The notes beneath the pieces are model-generated. The model made no database searches. It was not told the DNA's origin and worked only from the letters and a program-made list of their open reading frames with translations. Below, piece after piece: positions 1 through 10,182 of a DNA stretch of 64,000 bases. The translations under genes and the position numbers were made by a program. The DNA lies in IMG/VR virus record IMGVR_UViG_3300025021_000095. One strand, 5' to 3'. The number at the start of each line of letters is the position of its first letter. Within the stretch, counting starts at the first letter, position 1. The DNA is from an uncultured virus (IMG/VR IMGVR_UViG_3300025021_000095). Taxonomy: Duplodnaviria > Heunggongvirae > Uroviricota > Caudoviricetes.

Positions 1-668
1 TACAGGCCGATCGAGGCCCGCAGCTGCGCCTCCGCCGCGCTCACGTCCGAGCGGGCGCCTGCCAGACGCGCCTCCGCCTGCGCCACGTCCGTGCGCGTCA
101 CCTCGCCGACGTTGAACCGGTCGCGGGTCTGGCGGAGCTGCTCTTCCAGCACCTCGACGTTGTTGCGGCGCAGCTCCAGCGTGGCGGTGTCGGACAGCAC
201 GGCCATGTAGGCTTGGACCGCGCTGTAGAGCACGGTCATCTCGGTCGTACGAAGGCCCTCGCGCTGGCTGTAGACGGTCGACTCGAAGCGGCGGACGGTG
301 TTGTCGGTCTGGAAGCCGTTGAACAGGGTCTGGTTGACGGTGATGCCGGCGCCGCCCGGCAGCGTCGTCTGGTTGACCTGCGCGCCCGAGATGCGGCCCT
401 CGAACTTCTGCACGCCGATATCCGCCTCGACGCTGACGGTCGGCCGGTAGCCGGCCTGCGCCGCGGCGACGTTCTCGTCGGAGGCGCGCACGCCGGCCCG
501 GCCGGCGTTGAGCTGCGGGTTGCCCGCATAGGCCCGCGCCAGGGCGCTCTCGAGCGTCTCCGCCGAGGCCGGGGCGCCCGCCGACAGGCCGGTTGCAAGC
601 GCGAGGCCGGTGAGCAGACGCCCATGGGCCGTCCGCTTGCGTGCCGTCGCGGATCGAAGATCTCTCAC
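1..668 (-). CDS. tolC: TolC-family outer membrane protein (N-terminal part; runs off window)
   Basis: Manual translation from GTG 668: signal peptide then ETLESALARAYAGNPQLNAGRA...NQTLFNGFQT...RDRFNVGEVTRTDVAQAEARL. Lies downstream of pcm as in Alphaproteobacteria. Confidence 0.92.
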   Translation of the reverse strand, partial: MRDLRSATARKRTAHGRLLTGLALATGLSAGAPASAETLESALARAYAGNPQLNAGRAGVRASDENVAAAQAGYRPTVSVEADIGVQKFEGRISGAQVNQTTLPGGAGITVNQTLFNGFQTDNTVRRFESTVYSQREGLRTTEMTVLYSAVQAYMAVLSDTATLELRRNNVEVLEEQLRQTRDRFNVGEVTRTDVAQAEARLAGARSDVSAAEAQLRASIGL

Positions 669-776
669 GTCACTCAGCCCTTGCGGTTTCTCGAACGAAC
701 CGGACGCCGCCCCTTTCGGGGACGGCCGAGCGCGACGCTGCGCGCGATCCGGGACGAAGCCCGCCCTGCGGAAACT

Positions 777-791
777 TTAACGGGGCTTTAA
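777..791. promoter_or_regulatory. CtrA box TTAA-N7-TTAA upstream of tolC
   Basis: TTAA cggggct TTAA, an exact CtrA consensus in a GC-rich intergenic region. Confidence 0.6.
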
Positions 792-889
792 GCCCCCGTC
801 CCGGGGGAGTCCTGCCGAGGCGGACGAATCGCCGGCGGGTGGAGCAAAAAGGCGACACTCCCTCAAGGCCGCCCCGCTCCGGGCTCCCC

Positions 890-1537
890 TCAGAAGGAGA
901 AGCCGGTCTCCGCCGCGAAGGCGGGAAGCGCGGGCAGGCTCGCGTCGAAGAGCGGGCGGGCACCCACCGCCTCGCCGGCGCGCACGTAGAGGGTGGCCTT
1001 GGCCGCCCGGTCGGCGCCGAGGACGCAGACGAGCCGGCCGCCATCGGCGAGCTGGTCGAGAAGCGCCTGCGGCCGCGTCTCGACCCGGCCCTCGACGAGG
1101 ATCGCGTCGAAGGGCGCCTGCGAGGGAGCGCCCGCGGCGAGCGGGCCCTCGACCACCTCGGCGAGCCCGTCGAGGCGCTCCCGCGCGGCGCCCGCCAGGG
1201 CCGGCACCGATTCGAGCGCCGTCACCCGCGCACCGAGCCGGGCGAGCAGGGCCGCGCCGTAGCCGTAGCCGGCGCCGACATCGAGGGCACGGGTCCCCGG
1301 CCTGACCGAGAGCGCCTGGACCATCCGGGCGAGCAGCATCGGCGCGGGCACCACCCGCGCCTCGCCGCCCCCGAGGGGCACGCTGCGGTCGGTATAGGCG
1401 AAATCCTCCTGCCCCTGCGGCACGAAGCGCTCGCGGGGGACGGCGTCGAACGCGTCGAGGACGGTGACATCGTTGACGTCGAAGGTCCGAAGCTGACAAT
1501 CGACCATGAGGCGTCGCGCCTGCGCGTAATCGAGCAT
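890..1537 (-). CDS. pcm: Protein-L-isoaspartate O-methyltransferase
   Basis: ARRLMVDCQLRTFDV N-terminus, VPRERFVP, SAM motif LDVGAGYGY. Confidence 0.93.
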   Translation of the reverse strand: MLDYAQARRLMVDCQLRTFDVNDVTVLDAFDAVPRERFVPQGQEDFAYTDRSVPLGGGEARVVPAPMLLARMVQALSVRPGTRALDVGAGYGYGAALLARLGARVTALESVPALAGAARERLDGLAEVVEGPLAAGAPSQAPFDAILVEGRVETRPQALLDQLADGGRLVCVLGADRAAKATLYVRAGEAVGARPLFDASLPALPAFAAETGFSF

Positions 1538-1998
1538 GGTGCCGTCCGTTCCGTCCTTGAGCGCCGCGGCCCTGTCGCCGGCCTCGCGAGCGGGGCCGTG
1601 GAGCGGCCGGTTTGTCGTGGATCACCCGGCAAAAGGCAAGGATCGGCCCGCAACACCCTCTCCGCCGCCCGCGCGCCGGTTAAGGCTTCGTCAACGCCGC
1701 GGCCCGACGCCATAACCTCCGGGGCGCGCCATCCCTGCCGGCGGAGGGCGTCCTCTTTCCCCCGCCACGAGGTCGACACGCGCGGAAAGAACTGGGGGGA
1801 CGGCGAGAAGCCCTCCGCCGGATACATCGCCCGGCTGCCCTGGGGCGGCGAGGACGGAAAGGCGTGGGTCGAGAAGGCGATCGCCCGGGCGGAGCAGGTC
1901 GCCCGGAGAGGACGGACGTCCGCCGCGTCCCGGACCGTCGGCCGGGCTCTGCGCACCGGAGGCGGGCTCGGCCCTGAGGGTGGAGAATCGAGAGACGA

Positions 1999-2072
1999 TG
2001 GAGGCCTCGCCCGGAATCGAACCGGGGTGCAAGGATTTGCAGTCCTCTGCGTAACCACTCCGCCACGAGGCC
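1999..2072 (-). tRNA. tRNA-Cys(GCA)
   Basis: GGCCTCGTGGCGGAGTGGTTACGCAGAGGACTGCAAATCCTTGCACCCCGGTTCGATTCCGGGCGAGGCCTCCA; cloverleaf with encoded CCA. Confidence 0.97.
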
Positions 2073-2272
2073 TCTCCCCGCGCCCGGTGGGCGAACGGGT
2101 CCGGCCTCTGGCGGAGGAGACCGGGAGCGGGTCTCTATCAGAGGCGGACGGCCCGGGGCAACGGCCTTTCGCGCGCCGCGCCGCCGATCCCCGGCGGCAT
2201 GACGAAATCGTCATGCCCGCCTCGGCCCGGCCTTGCGCTGCCCGGCGCCGGTGTGTAGAGGACGCGCCGTGA

Positions 2273-2348
2273 TCCCCGATAGCTCAGTTGGTAGAGCAAG
2301 CGACTGTTAATCGCTTTGTCGCAGGTTCGAGTCCTGCTCGGGGAGCCA
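2273..2348 (+). tRNA. tRNA-Asn(GTT)
   Basis: TCCCCGATAGCTCAGTTGGTAGAGCAAGCGACTGTTAATCGC...GGTTCGAGTCCTGCTCGGGGAGCCA. Confidence 0.97.
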
Positions 2349-2515
2349 GCCACCTTCTCCGGACCGCAGCGCCGACCGAGCACCGCAGATTCGCGCGTGC
2401 GCGGACGATCCGTCTAGGCCTGCGTGGTCCCGTCCGGGCGGCACCGGCCGCGGGATGCGGTGGAGATCGGCGCGCGGCGCCTTCCCTTCGCCGCCGGCCC
2501 CGCCACATCACCGCG

Positions 2516-3580
2516 ATGGCGCTTCCCCGGACGCTCATCGACCCGAGGCGGATCTATCTCGAGCCGGCCGTGCGCGACTATGCGCGGGGCCGGGAGGTGC
2601 TCGCCCGCTTCCCGCAGGCGGAGACGATCGAGGTCGAGAGCCATTGGCGCATCCCGGAGCTGCGGGAAGGCGCGGACGCCGCCGACTGGCTGCGCGTGAA
2701 GCGCGAGACCCTGGTGCTCGGCGTCAAGAAGGGGCTCGCCATGCGCCCCAACGGCCGCTCGGCGGACTTCATCGCGCCCTCCTCCTCGAACGGCTGCGCG
2801 ATGGCCTGCGCCTACTGCTACGTGCCCCGCCGCAAGGGCTACGCGAACCCGGTCAGCGTGTTCGTGAACGTCGAGGCGATCGCGGGCGCGATCGGACGGC
2901 ACGCCGCGCGGCTCGGGCCCAAGCCGGAGCCGAACACCGTCGATCCCGCTGACTGGGTCTACGACCTCGGCGAGAACGGCGACCTCTCCCTCGACGCCGC
3001 CGTCTCCAACAACGTGCGCGACCTCGTGGCCGCCTTCCGGGACATCCCCGGCGCCAAGGGCTCCTTCGCCACGAAGCTCGTCAACCGCGACCTCCTCGCC
3101 TACGAGCCCCGCGGGCGCACCCGGGTGCGCTTCTCCCTGATGCCGGAGGCGATGGCGCGGGTCGTCGACGTGCGGACCTCGCCGATGTCGGAGCGGATCG
3201 CGGCGATCAACGACTTCGTGGCGGCGGGCTACGAGGTCCACGTCAACTTCAGCCCCGTGATCGTGCACGAGGGCTGGGAGCCCGAGTGGCGGGCCCTGTT
3301 CCGCGAGATCGACGACACGCTGACCCCGGCGGCCAAGGCCCAGCTCAAGTGCGAGATCATCATGCTCACGCACAATGCCGGCCTCCACGAGGTCAACCTC
3401 GCCTGGCACCCGAAGGCCGAGGACTGGCTGTGGCGCCCGGACCTCCAGGAGGCGAAGGTCAGCCAAGGCGGGATGGAGAACCTGCGCTACCGGCGCGCCT
3501 GGAAGCGGCGCTGGCTCGACCAGCTCCTCGCCTGGCGCGAGGCCCTGATCCCGTACTGCGCGGTGCGCTACGCCTTCTGA
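2516..3580 (+). CDS. Spore photoproduct lyase family radical SAM protein
   Basis: CAMACAYC radical-SAM motif, SADFIAPS, YDLGENGD, SFATK, EVHVNFSPVI. Start set at ATG 2516. Confidence 0.9.
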   Translation: MALPRTLIDPRRIYLEPAVRDYARGREVLARFPQAETIEVESHWRIPELREGADAADWLRVKRETLVLGVKKGLAMRPNGRSADFIAPSSSNGCAMACAYCYVPRRKGYANPVSVFVNVEAIAGAIGRHAARLGPKPEPNTVDPADWVYDLGENGDLSLDAAVSNNVRDLVAAFRDIPGAKGSFATKLVNRDLLAYEPRGRTRVRFSLMPEAMARVVDVRTSPMSERIAAINDFVAAGYEVHVNFSPVIVHEGWEPEWRALFREIDDTLTPAAKAQLKCEIIMLTHNAGLHEVNLAWHPKAEDWLWRPDLQEAKVSQGGMENLRYRRAWKRRWLDQLLAWREALIPYCAVRYAF

Positions 3581-4126
3581 CGGGCGCCGCCACATCAGCC
3601 CCCTGGGCTGGCGCGCAGCCGCCGGCAGGGGGCGGGTCCGGCCTCGCAAGCGGGGCCGCGAGCGTCGCGGGAGGCCGCGTCGCTGTTCGCCAAGGGAATG
3701 TCGCTGGCGTACTGCTTCGGCCCTGTCAGCCGTCCCGAGGGCAATCCACTTCTGCCCGCTACGGCCCCCTGGGACCGCCTCACGCAGCTTTTCGGGCACC
3801 CAAGCGCGGAACGAGTTAGATGCCGTTCTTGCACCGGATGACGCGTCAGGCCCGAGCGAAGATGTGCAGCAGCACGAGGCCTGCGGCGGTGAGGATGTTA
3901 CCCTGAGCCGCGCCGCTGAGGGCATAGGAGGTCGAGAGGCCGACCGCGTGATACGGCTGCTTCAGATCGGCGATGAAGCCGCGCAGCTCGTCGGCAGTGT
4001 GCTTGGCGACGAGGGTGATGCGAGCCGCGCTCCAGGCGAGCTTCAGCGCGGAGCGAAAGCAGCCCCATCCACACAAGCCCAAATTCACGCCATCCGGCTC
4101 CGTTGACGGTTGCGGACCATGCGGTC

Positions 4127-4141
4127 GTTCTCGTCCTGTTC
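4127..4141 (+). promoter_or_regulatory. Alphaproteobacterial LexA (SOS) box
   Basis: GTTC tcgtcct GTTC, ~20 nt before ATG 4161; TTGACG upstream. Confidence 0.7.
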
Positions 4142-4160
4142 TCACGGGCGAGGGTCGGAC

Positions 4161-4310
4161 ATGGCAAGCGCGCAGGAAGCGACGGGCTACCGGCTCACCG
4201 AGGCCGAGACGATTGCACTCCGCTACCATCAGGCCGCGCGGGGTGATGCCTGGGCCGCGCTCGTTCAGGCAATCGAGGATGCGTTGGCAACCTTACCGAG
4301 GCCGAGCGCC
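4161..4310 (+). pseudogene. Frameshifted/truncated small SOS-boxed protein, homolog of 15374..15589
   Basis: MASAQEATGYRLTEAETIALRYHQAARGDAWAALVQAIEDALA; adding one base restores ..ALADLTEAERR. Confidence 0.55.
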
Positions 4311-4395
4311 GGTCTCTGCGGCGGGATCGAGCGGCATCCTGATCGGCTTCATAGGCGCCCGCTGGCAGGGATAGCTCGACCGGCCGCCGCCATAG
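4311..4395 (+). pseudogene. Decayed copy of the small membrane ORF at 17536..17637
   Basis: GILIGFIGARWQG*LDR versus GILIGYFGARWQGWLDR; TGG>TAG plus an indel. Confidence 0.7.
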
Positions 4396-4436
4396 GCCGG
4401 CACGATTCCTGCGACGCACTCCGCCCTTCCAGACCT

Positions 4437-4471
4437 ACTCAGCCCGCCCGGTTCGCCGCGGCGGGCTTTTT
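4437..4471 (+). terminator. Intrinsic terminator, identical to 17410..17444
   Basis: AGCCCGCC-CGGTTCGCCGC-GGCGGGCT hairpin followed by TTTT. Confidence 0.8.
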
Positions 4472-4475
4472 CGTC

Positions 4476-4895
4476 TCAGTCGATGATCTCGACCACCCGC
4501 CTCGTGCCCGGCTCGACCAGGACCGGGTGATCGTTCACGACGGTGTAGTTGTAATTCGGCAAGGCGAACTCGGGCGGAACATCGTAGTAGACGACACCGT
4601 CGGCCGGCAGAACCGTGCCTACCCGAAGCTGGCCTCGGTAGGAGAACGAGGGGCGCCTTTCGCCGAGAGCGTAAATGCGGAAGCGATCCCGACGGTCGAT
4701 GCCAAGGATGCCGTTGGCAGTGCCGACCGCTGCCCCGATTGCGCCGCCCACCACAGCGCCGAGGGGCCCTGCGACCGAGTCGCCGCGTGCCGCGCCATCT
4801 TCGGCGCCGCGAACAAGCCCTTGGCTGAACGTCGGGCCAGTCAACGCGATTGTGCCGACTGCCAGCGAGGCCGCGTAGATCAGCAGCTTGCCCAT
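4476..4895 (-). CDS. DUF1236-domain secreted protein
   Basis: Signal peptide, Gly-zipper GAVVGGAIGAAVG, LRVGTVLP...YYDVP...YTVVNDHPVLVEPGTRRVVEIID. Confidence 0.85.
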   Translation of the reverse strand: MGKLLIYAASLAVGTIALTGPTFSQGLVRGAEDGAARGDSVAGPLGAVVGGAIGAAVGTANGILGIDRRDRFRIYALGERRPSFSYRGQLRVGTVLPADGVVYYDVPPEFALPNYNYTVVNDHPVLVEPGTRRVVEIID

Positions 4896-5452
4896 TCATC
4901 CCGCTCCATCACCATCACCCGGAAAGCGGTGCGGCAGCCCTCTCATACCGCGTATCCCGTGCCGGGACAGGCGGTCATTGCCGCATCCACACGCCCAGCT
5001 AACAGTCCCGGTCCATCATCCGTCCAAGGCCGCGTTGCGTATCTACCCTCGCTGGTGAGATCGGATGCCCCCCACCCCGTGAGCAGATTGGGGCGGAGAT
5101 GGGCGCCATGCGTCACCGCCAGATTACGCTCTGACACGCACGCTCTTCGCCGTGAACAGCAGGAGCGTCTACGTAGCTAAGACGGGGGAAGGTACTGGTC
5201 TCGCGTGCAGTGCTCGGTTGGAAAGGCCGAATGACGCTAGGATCTAATAATCTCTGTAGCTCGCAATAGGTCAACAAGGGGCGACAGACTTGGGCAACTG
5301 GATGCCTGCCGCCGGGCGCTAGCCAACAACGCTCATCGCGCCGTTGCGCGATGACACACTTCGACGGTTCGGATGCTGGCAGTGGCAGATAGGTCGCCGT
5401 CCAACGGGAACGATGGCGACGCTCGTCCAATCCCGAACTCGGTCAGCGCGCT

Positions 5453-8400
5453 CTAAGCCTCGCTGCTGAATCGAGAGAGGCTCGCGGCGAGATCGGCTTT
5501 CCGGAAGGGCTTGGTGAGGCGGGGCAGATCGGGATCGAGCCCTTCGCGCTCTGCGTAGCCCGAGACCAGCAGGATCGTAGTACCGGGTCGCGATGTACGG
5601 ACAATGCCAGCGAGGTCCGTTCCGCTGACACCAGGCATCAGGTGGTCCGTGACGAGGACATCGAACTTCAGCCCGCTGTCCAGCAGTTGCATAGCCTGCT
5701 CGCCGGAAGCGGCCTCGACCACGGTGTATCCAAGGTCCGCGAGCATGTCCGCCGTGCTGGCGCGGACCAACTCCTCATCGTCCACCAGTAGGACAGTGCC
5801 TTGGGCAGCCTGCCCCTCTGACGCTTCGACCCCGCGCGTCTCCGCGACAGGCAGGAGCATGCTGCGCGGCAACCAAAGCTCGACGTTGGTGCCCAGGTTC
5901 GGGCGGCTCTGAATGGTGAGCGCCCCGTTCAGTTGCGACGCCAGGCCGTGGACCATGGAGAGACCGAGGCCGGTGCCCTTTCCGATGCCCTTCGTCGAGA
6001 AGAACGGCTCGACCGCACGGGCGAGCGTCGCCGCGTCCATGCCGGCGCCGGTGTCGGCGACGGACAGGCAGATGTAGTGACCAGCCGGAAGATTCGAGCG
6101 GTGGCCGGGACGGATCGACTCGGCACTAGCGGAGATGCGCAGGGTGCCGCCCTCGGGCATGGCGTCGCGCGCGTTCACTGAGAGGTTCAGAAGCGCCATC
6201 TCCAGCTGGTTCGCGTCAGCGACCGCCGGCGGCAGATCGTCGGGCGCGCTGACCACCACTTTGATCTGCGGCCCCGTCGTGCTGGCGACGAGCTCGCCCA
6301 TGCCGGTCACGAGCTTCGCAACGTCGACCGGCACGGCCTGGAGAGGTTGACGGCGAGCGAAGGCAAGAAGGCGTTGCACGAGCGTCTTCGCGCGTTCGGC
6401 CGATTGAGCAGCGCCGGCAATGAGGCGCTGCTCCCGCTCGCCGCCGACGTTCCTTCGCTGGAGCATGTCGAGCACCCCGACGATCGGGGTGAGGAGGTTG
6501 TTGAAGTCGTGAGCGACGCCTCCCGTGAGCTGTCCCATTGCTTCCATCTTCTGACTCTGCCGCAGCGCTTCTTGAGCCTCCTCTCGATCGGCGATGGCTT
6601 TGGCGATCCGTGTCTCCAGCGTCGCGTTGAGCTCGCGCAAGGCCTCCTCGGCCGCCTTGCGGGCCGTGATCTCAACGGCGGTCCCAGCCACCCGAAGGCA
6701 GCGTCCCGCGGCATCAAACACACCGCGTCCCTTCGCAGCCACCCACCGGACGATGCCGTCCTCCTTCCCGACCGTACGGTAATCGACATCGTAGAGCGCA
6801 CGCCGCTCCGGGTCCGCTGCAGCCGCGTAGGCGGCGCTCGTCGCGTCGCGGTCGTCCGGGTGCAAGCCGTCGTAGAAGTCCCGCATGGTCACCGGCACCT
6901 CGGCCGAGATGCCGAACATGGCCTTGGTCCGCGGCGGCCAGATCAGGATGTCGTTGACGACGTCGACGTCCCAGAATCCCACGTCGGCGTTGTCGACGGC
7001 GAGACGTAGCCTTTCCTCGCTCTCGCGCAGGCGCGCTTCGGCACCGACCCGCTCGACATGGGCCCAGCATCGTTCGACGACCTCCCGTATGAGTGTGACC
7101 TCGCTAGGCTCCCAATTACGAGGTCGGTCCTGGTGGACCGCCATCATCGCCGCCAGCCGCCCGTCCTTGACGAGCGGGCAGCAGACGATTGCGCCGATGC
7201 CGATGGCCTGGAACATCTCGCGGCCCTCACCCGCGCCGACTTCGCCAGCGACGTCACGCACGATCAGCGTCCGCCCGGCCCGCATGTCGGCGGCAGCGCG
7301 TGGCCCGAAGAGGTCGAGACTGTAGGTGCCGGTGGAGCTCGCGATGCCGGGGGCATTGTAGTCGCTGCGGATCCAGAAGCGATCGCTATCGGTGTCGACG
7401 TCAGCGTAGGCGCACCGAGACACTCCGAGTTTCCGTCCCAGCAACTCGGTCGCGGCGAGCATGGCGTCCGACGCCTGTCGGGCTCCGAACAGGCGGGCAT
7501 CGAGCTCGTCGAAGAAGCGCAGCCGCGCCTCGCTTTCGCGCAGAGCAGCTTCTGCTTCGTGTTCGGCGGTGCGGTCGCGAAAGATTTTCACGTAGCCGCC
7601 GTGGTCCATGGCGAGCGGCATCAACAGGCCGGAGCCCCAGAAAAGGGAACCGTCCTTGCGGACGTGCCAGCGCTCATTGACCGCCCGACCTCGCTCGCGG
7701 GCACGCTCGATCTCCCGGTCGAAAACGCCGTCGGCCCGGTCATGGTCCGTATAGAAGAAGTCGCCCCTGGTGCCGATCACGTCGTCGGCACGATGTCCGA
7801 CGATGCGCTCGGCCCCGCTGTTCCAGCCCGTGAGGATCCCGTCCCCGTCGAAGGTGATGATCGCGAAATCTTCGGCGCCCTCGACGATCTGGCGATAGCG
7901 CGCCTCGCTTGTACGGACCTTGGCCTCGGCTCCGACCCGCTCCACGACCAGCCCGGCCGTGCGGACGACAAAGTCGACGATCTCGAGGTCTGCGGGCTGT
8001 GGCTCGCGTGGTTCGCGATGGTACAGGGCGAACGTCCCGAGCACCGCGCCCTGCGAGGAGCGGATGGGGATCGACCAGCAGGCTCGCAGAGCGTGCCCGA
8101 GCGCCAACTCGCGGAAATCCTCCCAAAGGAGATCGGACGCGATGTCGGAGACGAACACCGGCTCGTTCCGGAACGCGGCCGTACCGCATGAGCCGACGCT
8201 CGGACCGATCGCGATTCCGTCGATCGCATCGTTGTAGGCGTCGGGCAGGCTCGGGCCTGCACCGTGGCGCAGGTGGCGGCCGTCCTCGTCCAGCAGGAGG
8301 ATGCTCCCGAGCAGCCCCGATGCGGACAGCCCCTCGACCTCGCGCACGATCGCTTCCAGCGTCAGGCGGGAAGGAGCCTCCTGCACGGCGAGTTCCAGGA

Positions 8401-8965
8401 TGCGGTTCTGTGCTGCACCGAGCGCCGCCGCCCGATCGCGCGCCTGCGCCAAGCGCGCGTTCTCGATGGCGATGGTCGCCAAGCGACCCAGGCTTTCCAG
8501 ACGTTCGACGGTCGCCTGATCGTGCTCGACGACATCGGCCCAATAGGCCCCGAGCGCCGCGACCGGCGTCGGCCGACCGATAGGGACCATGACGAGACTG
8601 CGCACGAAGGTTCGCGCATAGGCCTCCTGAGGAACGCGTGGATCAAGCCGGACGTCGCTGATCAAGACCGTCTTGCCGTGGCGCATCGCCCAGCCCGAGA
8701 TGCAGGCATCAGCAGGGAACGTCTGGCCCTGCCATAACGGTGACACGGCGTCCTCAGCGACATACGCACATCGGCCGCCGTCGTTGACGATGACGGCGAC
8801 GCCCTGTGCACCAACGGTCACGCGCGCGGTCTCGCGCAGCACGTCGACCACCTCGTCCATCGACCTCGCGGTGACCAGGCGCTCGCTCGCGTTCAAGACA
8901 TGGGACAGCCGTTCCTTCCCATCGTGATCAGACGAACCGGTGTAGGCTGCGGCTGAGGTAGGCAC
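5453..8965 (-). CDS. Hybrid sensor histidine kinase (GAF-GAF-PAS-GAF-PAS-HisKA-HATPase-REC)
   Basis: H-box QLTGGVAHDFNNLL, NARDAM, DTGAG, GTGLGL, receiver VLLVDDE...LVTDHLMP...KPF. Confidence 0.93.
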   Translation of the reverse strand: MPTSAAAYTGSSDHDGKERLSHVLNASERLVTARSMDEVVDVLRETARVTVGAQGVAVIVNDGGRCAYVAEDAVSPLWQGQTFPADACISGWAMRHGKTVLISDVRLDPRVPQEAYARTFVRSLVMVPIGRPTPVAALGAYWADVVEHDQATVERLESLGRLATIAIENARLAQARDRAAALGAAQNRILELAVQEAPSRLTLEAIVREVEGLSASGLLGSILLLDEDGRHLRHGAGPSLPDAYNDAIDGIAIGPSVGSCGTAAFRNEPVFVSDIASDLLWEDFRELALGHALRACWSIPIRSSQGAVLGTFALYHREPREPQPADLEIVDFVVRTAGLVVERVGAEAKVRTSEARYRQIVEGAEDFAIITFDGDGILTGWNSGAERIVGHRADDVIGTRGDFFYTDHDRADGVFDREIERARERGRAVNERWHVRKDGSLFWGSGLLMPLAMDHGGYVKIFRDRTAEHEAEAALRESEARLRFFDELDARLFGARQASDAMLAATELLGRKLGVSRCAYADVDTDSDRFWIRSDYNAPGIASSTGTYSLDLFGPRAAADMRAGRTLIVRDVAGEVGAGEGREMFQAIGIGAIVCCPLVKDGRLAAMMAVHQDRPRNWEPSEVTLIREVVERCWAHVERVGAEARLRESEERLRLAVDNADVGFWDVDVVNDILIWPPRTKAMFGISAEVPVTMRDFYDGLHPDDRDATSAAYAAAADPERRALYDVDYRTVGKEDGIVRWVAAKGRGVFDAAGRCLRVAGTAVEITARKAAEEALRELNATLETRIAKAIADREEAQEALRQSQKMEAMGQLTGGVAHDFNNLLTPIVGVLDMLQRRNVGGEREQRLIAGAAQSAERAKTLVQRLLAFARRQPLQAVPVDVAKLVTGMGELVASTTGPQIKVVVSAPDDLPPAVADANQLEMALLNLSVNARDAMPEGGTLRISASAESIRPGHRSNLPAGHYICLSVADTGAGMDAATLARAVEPFFSTKGIGKGTGLGLSMVHGLASQLNGALTIQSRPNLGTNVELWLPRSMLLPVAETRGVEASEGQAAQGTVLLVDDEELVRASTADMLADLGYTVVEAASGEQAMQLLDSGLKFDVLVTDHLMPGVSGTDLAGIVRTSRPGTTILLVSGYAEREGLDPDLPRLTKPFRKADLAASLSRFSSEA

Positions 8966-9099
8966 GGAGATCCTCCTTCGCTCTCCGATACCAGCTTGGT
9001 CCGATGCTGCCTAATCAATCGCCTGCGGCAGCAGCCTTAGGATGCGCTGCTGCCGCAGTGGCAAAAGGAGACTACGCAGCGAAGTCGCCCGGCCCGGCC

Positions 9100-9945
9100 C
9101 GGCACGCGGTGCTCGGCTCCGGCCTTCATACGCTCGGCCGGTATCGTCCAGACCTTCGCGGACAGATCGATCCCGGCCCAGGTCGCGCCGATGGTCTCGC
9201 CCGTCCGCGCTGCCGTCAGGATCGTGAAGGCCAGCGCCTTCGCAACGACGCCGGGCTGTTCGGCGAGGGCTTTGGCGAACGCCGGCACCTCAGCGAACGG
9301 AAGGGCCGCATGGTGCTGCACCTTCGCGACCTTGGATCGCTTGGCGAGCAGGTTGGACAGATGGCCCTTCCACCGGGCGGGGTTCTCGCCCTCGCGGTAA
9401 CCGCGGGTGCGCGCCCAATCCAGCACACTCTCGATCCGACCACGCACGCGCGTCGCAGTTTCAGTCTCGCTCGCCCAAATCGGCTCCAGCACCTTCAGGA
9501 CGAGGGTCGTATCGACATCCGCGACCGGCAGCTTGCCGAAGACGGTTGAGGCGTAGGTATCCAGGGTCGCAGTCCACTGCGCCGCGTGCTTGGCGTTGCG
9601 CCAGCCGGCCTTGTGCGCCTCGATGTAGGCGGCAGCACACTGGTCGAAGGTCATGGCGCCGGCGGTGTCGAGGTCCTTGCGCGCCTTCTCGGTCTTGCGT
9701 GCTTCGATTGGGTCGATGCCGTCCGCGAGCATCCTACGGAAGCCTGCCGCCCGCTCGCGCGCTTCGGCCAGGGTGAACAGCGAGGCCGACCCCAAGCCCA
9801 TCTCGCGGGCACGGCCCTGGAGCATGAACCGGAGTATCCACGACTTCGCGCCGCGGGCGGTCACCTCAAGCCACAGGCCTTCACCGTCGCCTTACATGCC
9901 GGCGGCCTTCGTGCGGGTGACCGACAGCGCGGTCAGCTTGCCCAT
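9100..9945 (-). pseudogene. Tyrosine integrase (P4-like, Arm-DNA-binding) pseudogene
   Basis: MGKLTALSV...AGM*GDGEGLWL with TAA at codon 18 (9892-9894). Recognisable up to RMKAGAEHRVP, then truncated before the HxxR/Tyr catalytic motifs. Confidence 0.88.
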
Positions 9946-10093
9946 GGGGAAGGTGCCGTCCCCCAACCTTACCCACAATGTAGGGCTCGGTCATGGGCGA
10001 AAGCCAGCGGTCGCCTACGGGATAGCGGGGATTGCTTTCTGCTTTGCCGTCAGCGGCTTATCGATGGTTGGCGGCGAGCGGCGGCTGTGGAAC

Positions 10094-10107
10094 TGGCGGA
10101 AGGGGTG
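10094..10107 (-). other. Attachment site: tRNA-Ser-like 3' end (CACCCCTTCCGCCA)
   Basis: Matches the 3' end of bacterial tRNA-Ser (...CCCACCCCTTCCGCCA) without the rest of the tRNA; 150 nt upstream of the old integrase. Confidence 0.65.
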
Positions 10108-10182
10108 TCCGTCGCCTGCCCGGTAGGGGCAGGGCTAGCGGATTGAGATTACAGGGATATACGGGGGCGCCCTCCCCTCTGA

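Larger units (their letters stand above)
3600..10093. mobile_element. Decayed integrative island / prophage remnant
   Basis: Broken integrase next to a tRNA 3' end, gene fragments homologous to the prophage, accessory kinase. Left boundary approximate. Confidence 0.6.

Noticed and set aside
1750..1920. Protein-like stretch FPRHEVDTRGKNWGDGEKP...KAWVEKAIARAE between pcm and tRNA-Cys
   Set aside because: May be a gene remnant, but I could support neither a start nor a family.
641..2272. 543-aa plus-strand ORF and other long Arg/Pro-rich ORFs (e.g. 24451..26715, 39494..41563, 44220..46340)
   Set aside because: Shadow frames of GC-rich genes or tRNAs on the opposite strand, with no motifs.
3595..4060. 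Minus-strand fragments (3595..3834, 3846..4229)
   Set aside because: No credible start or RBS and no recognisable family; likely island debris.
10060..10180. Intact tRNA-Ser
   Set aside because: Only the last 14 nt match; there is no T-loop or rest of the cloverleaf.
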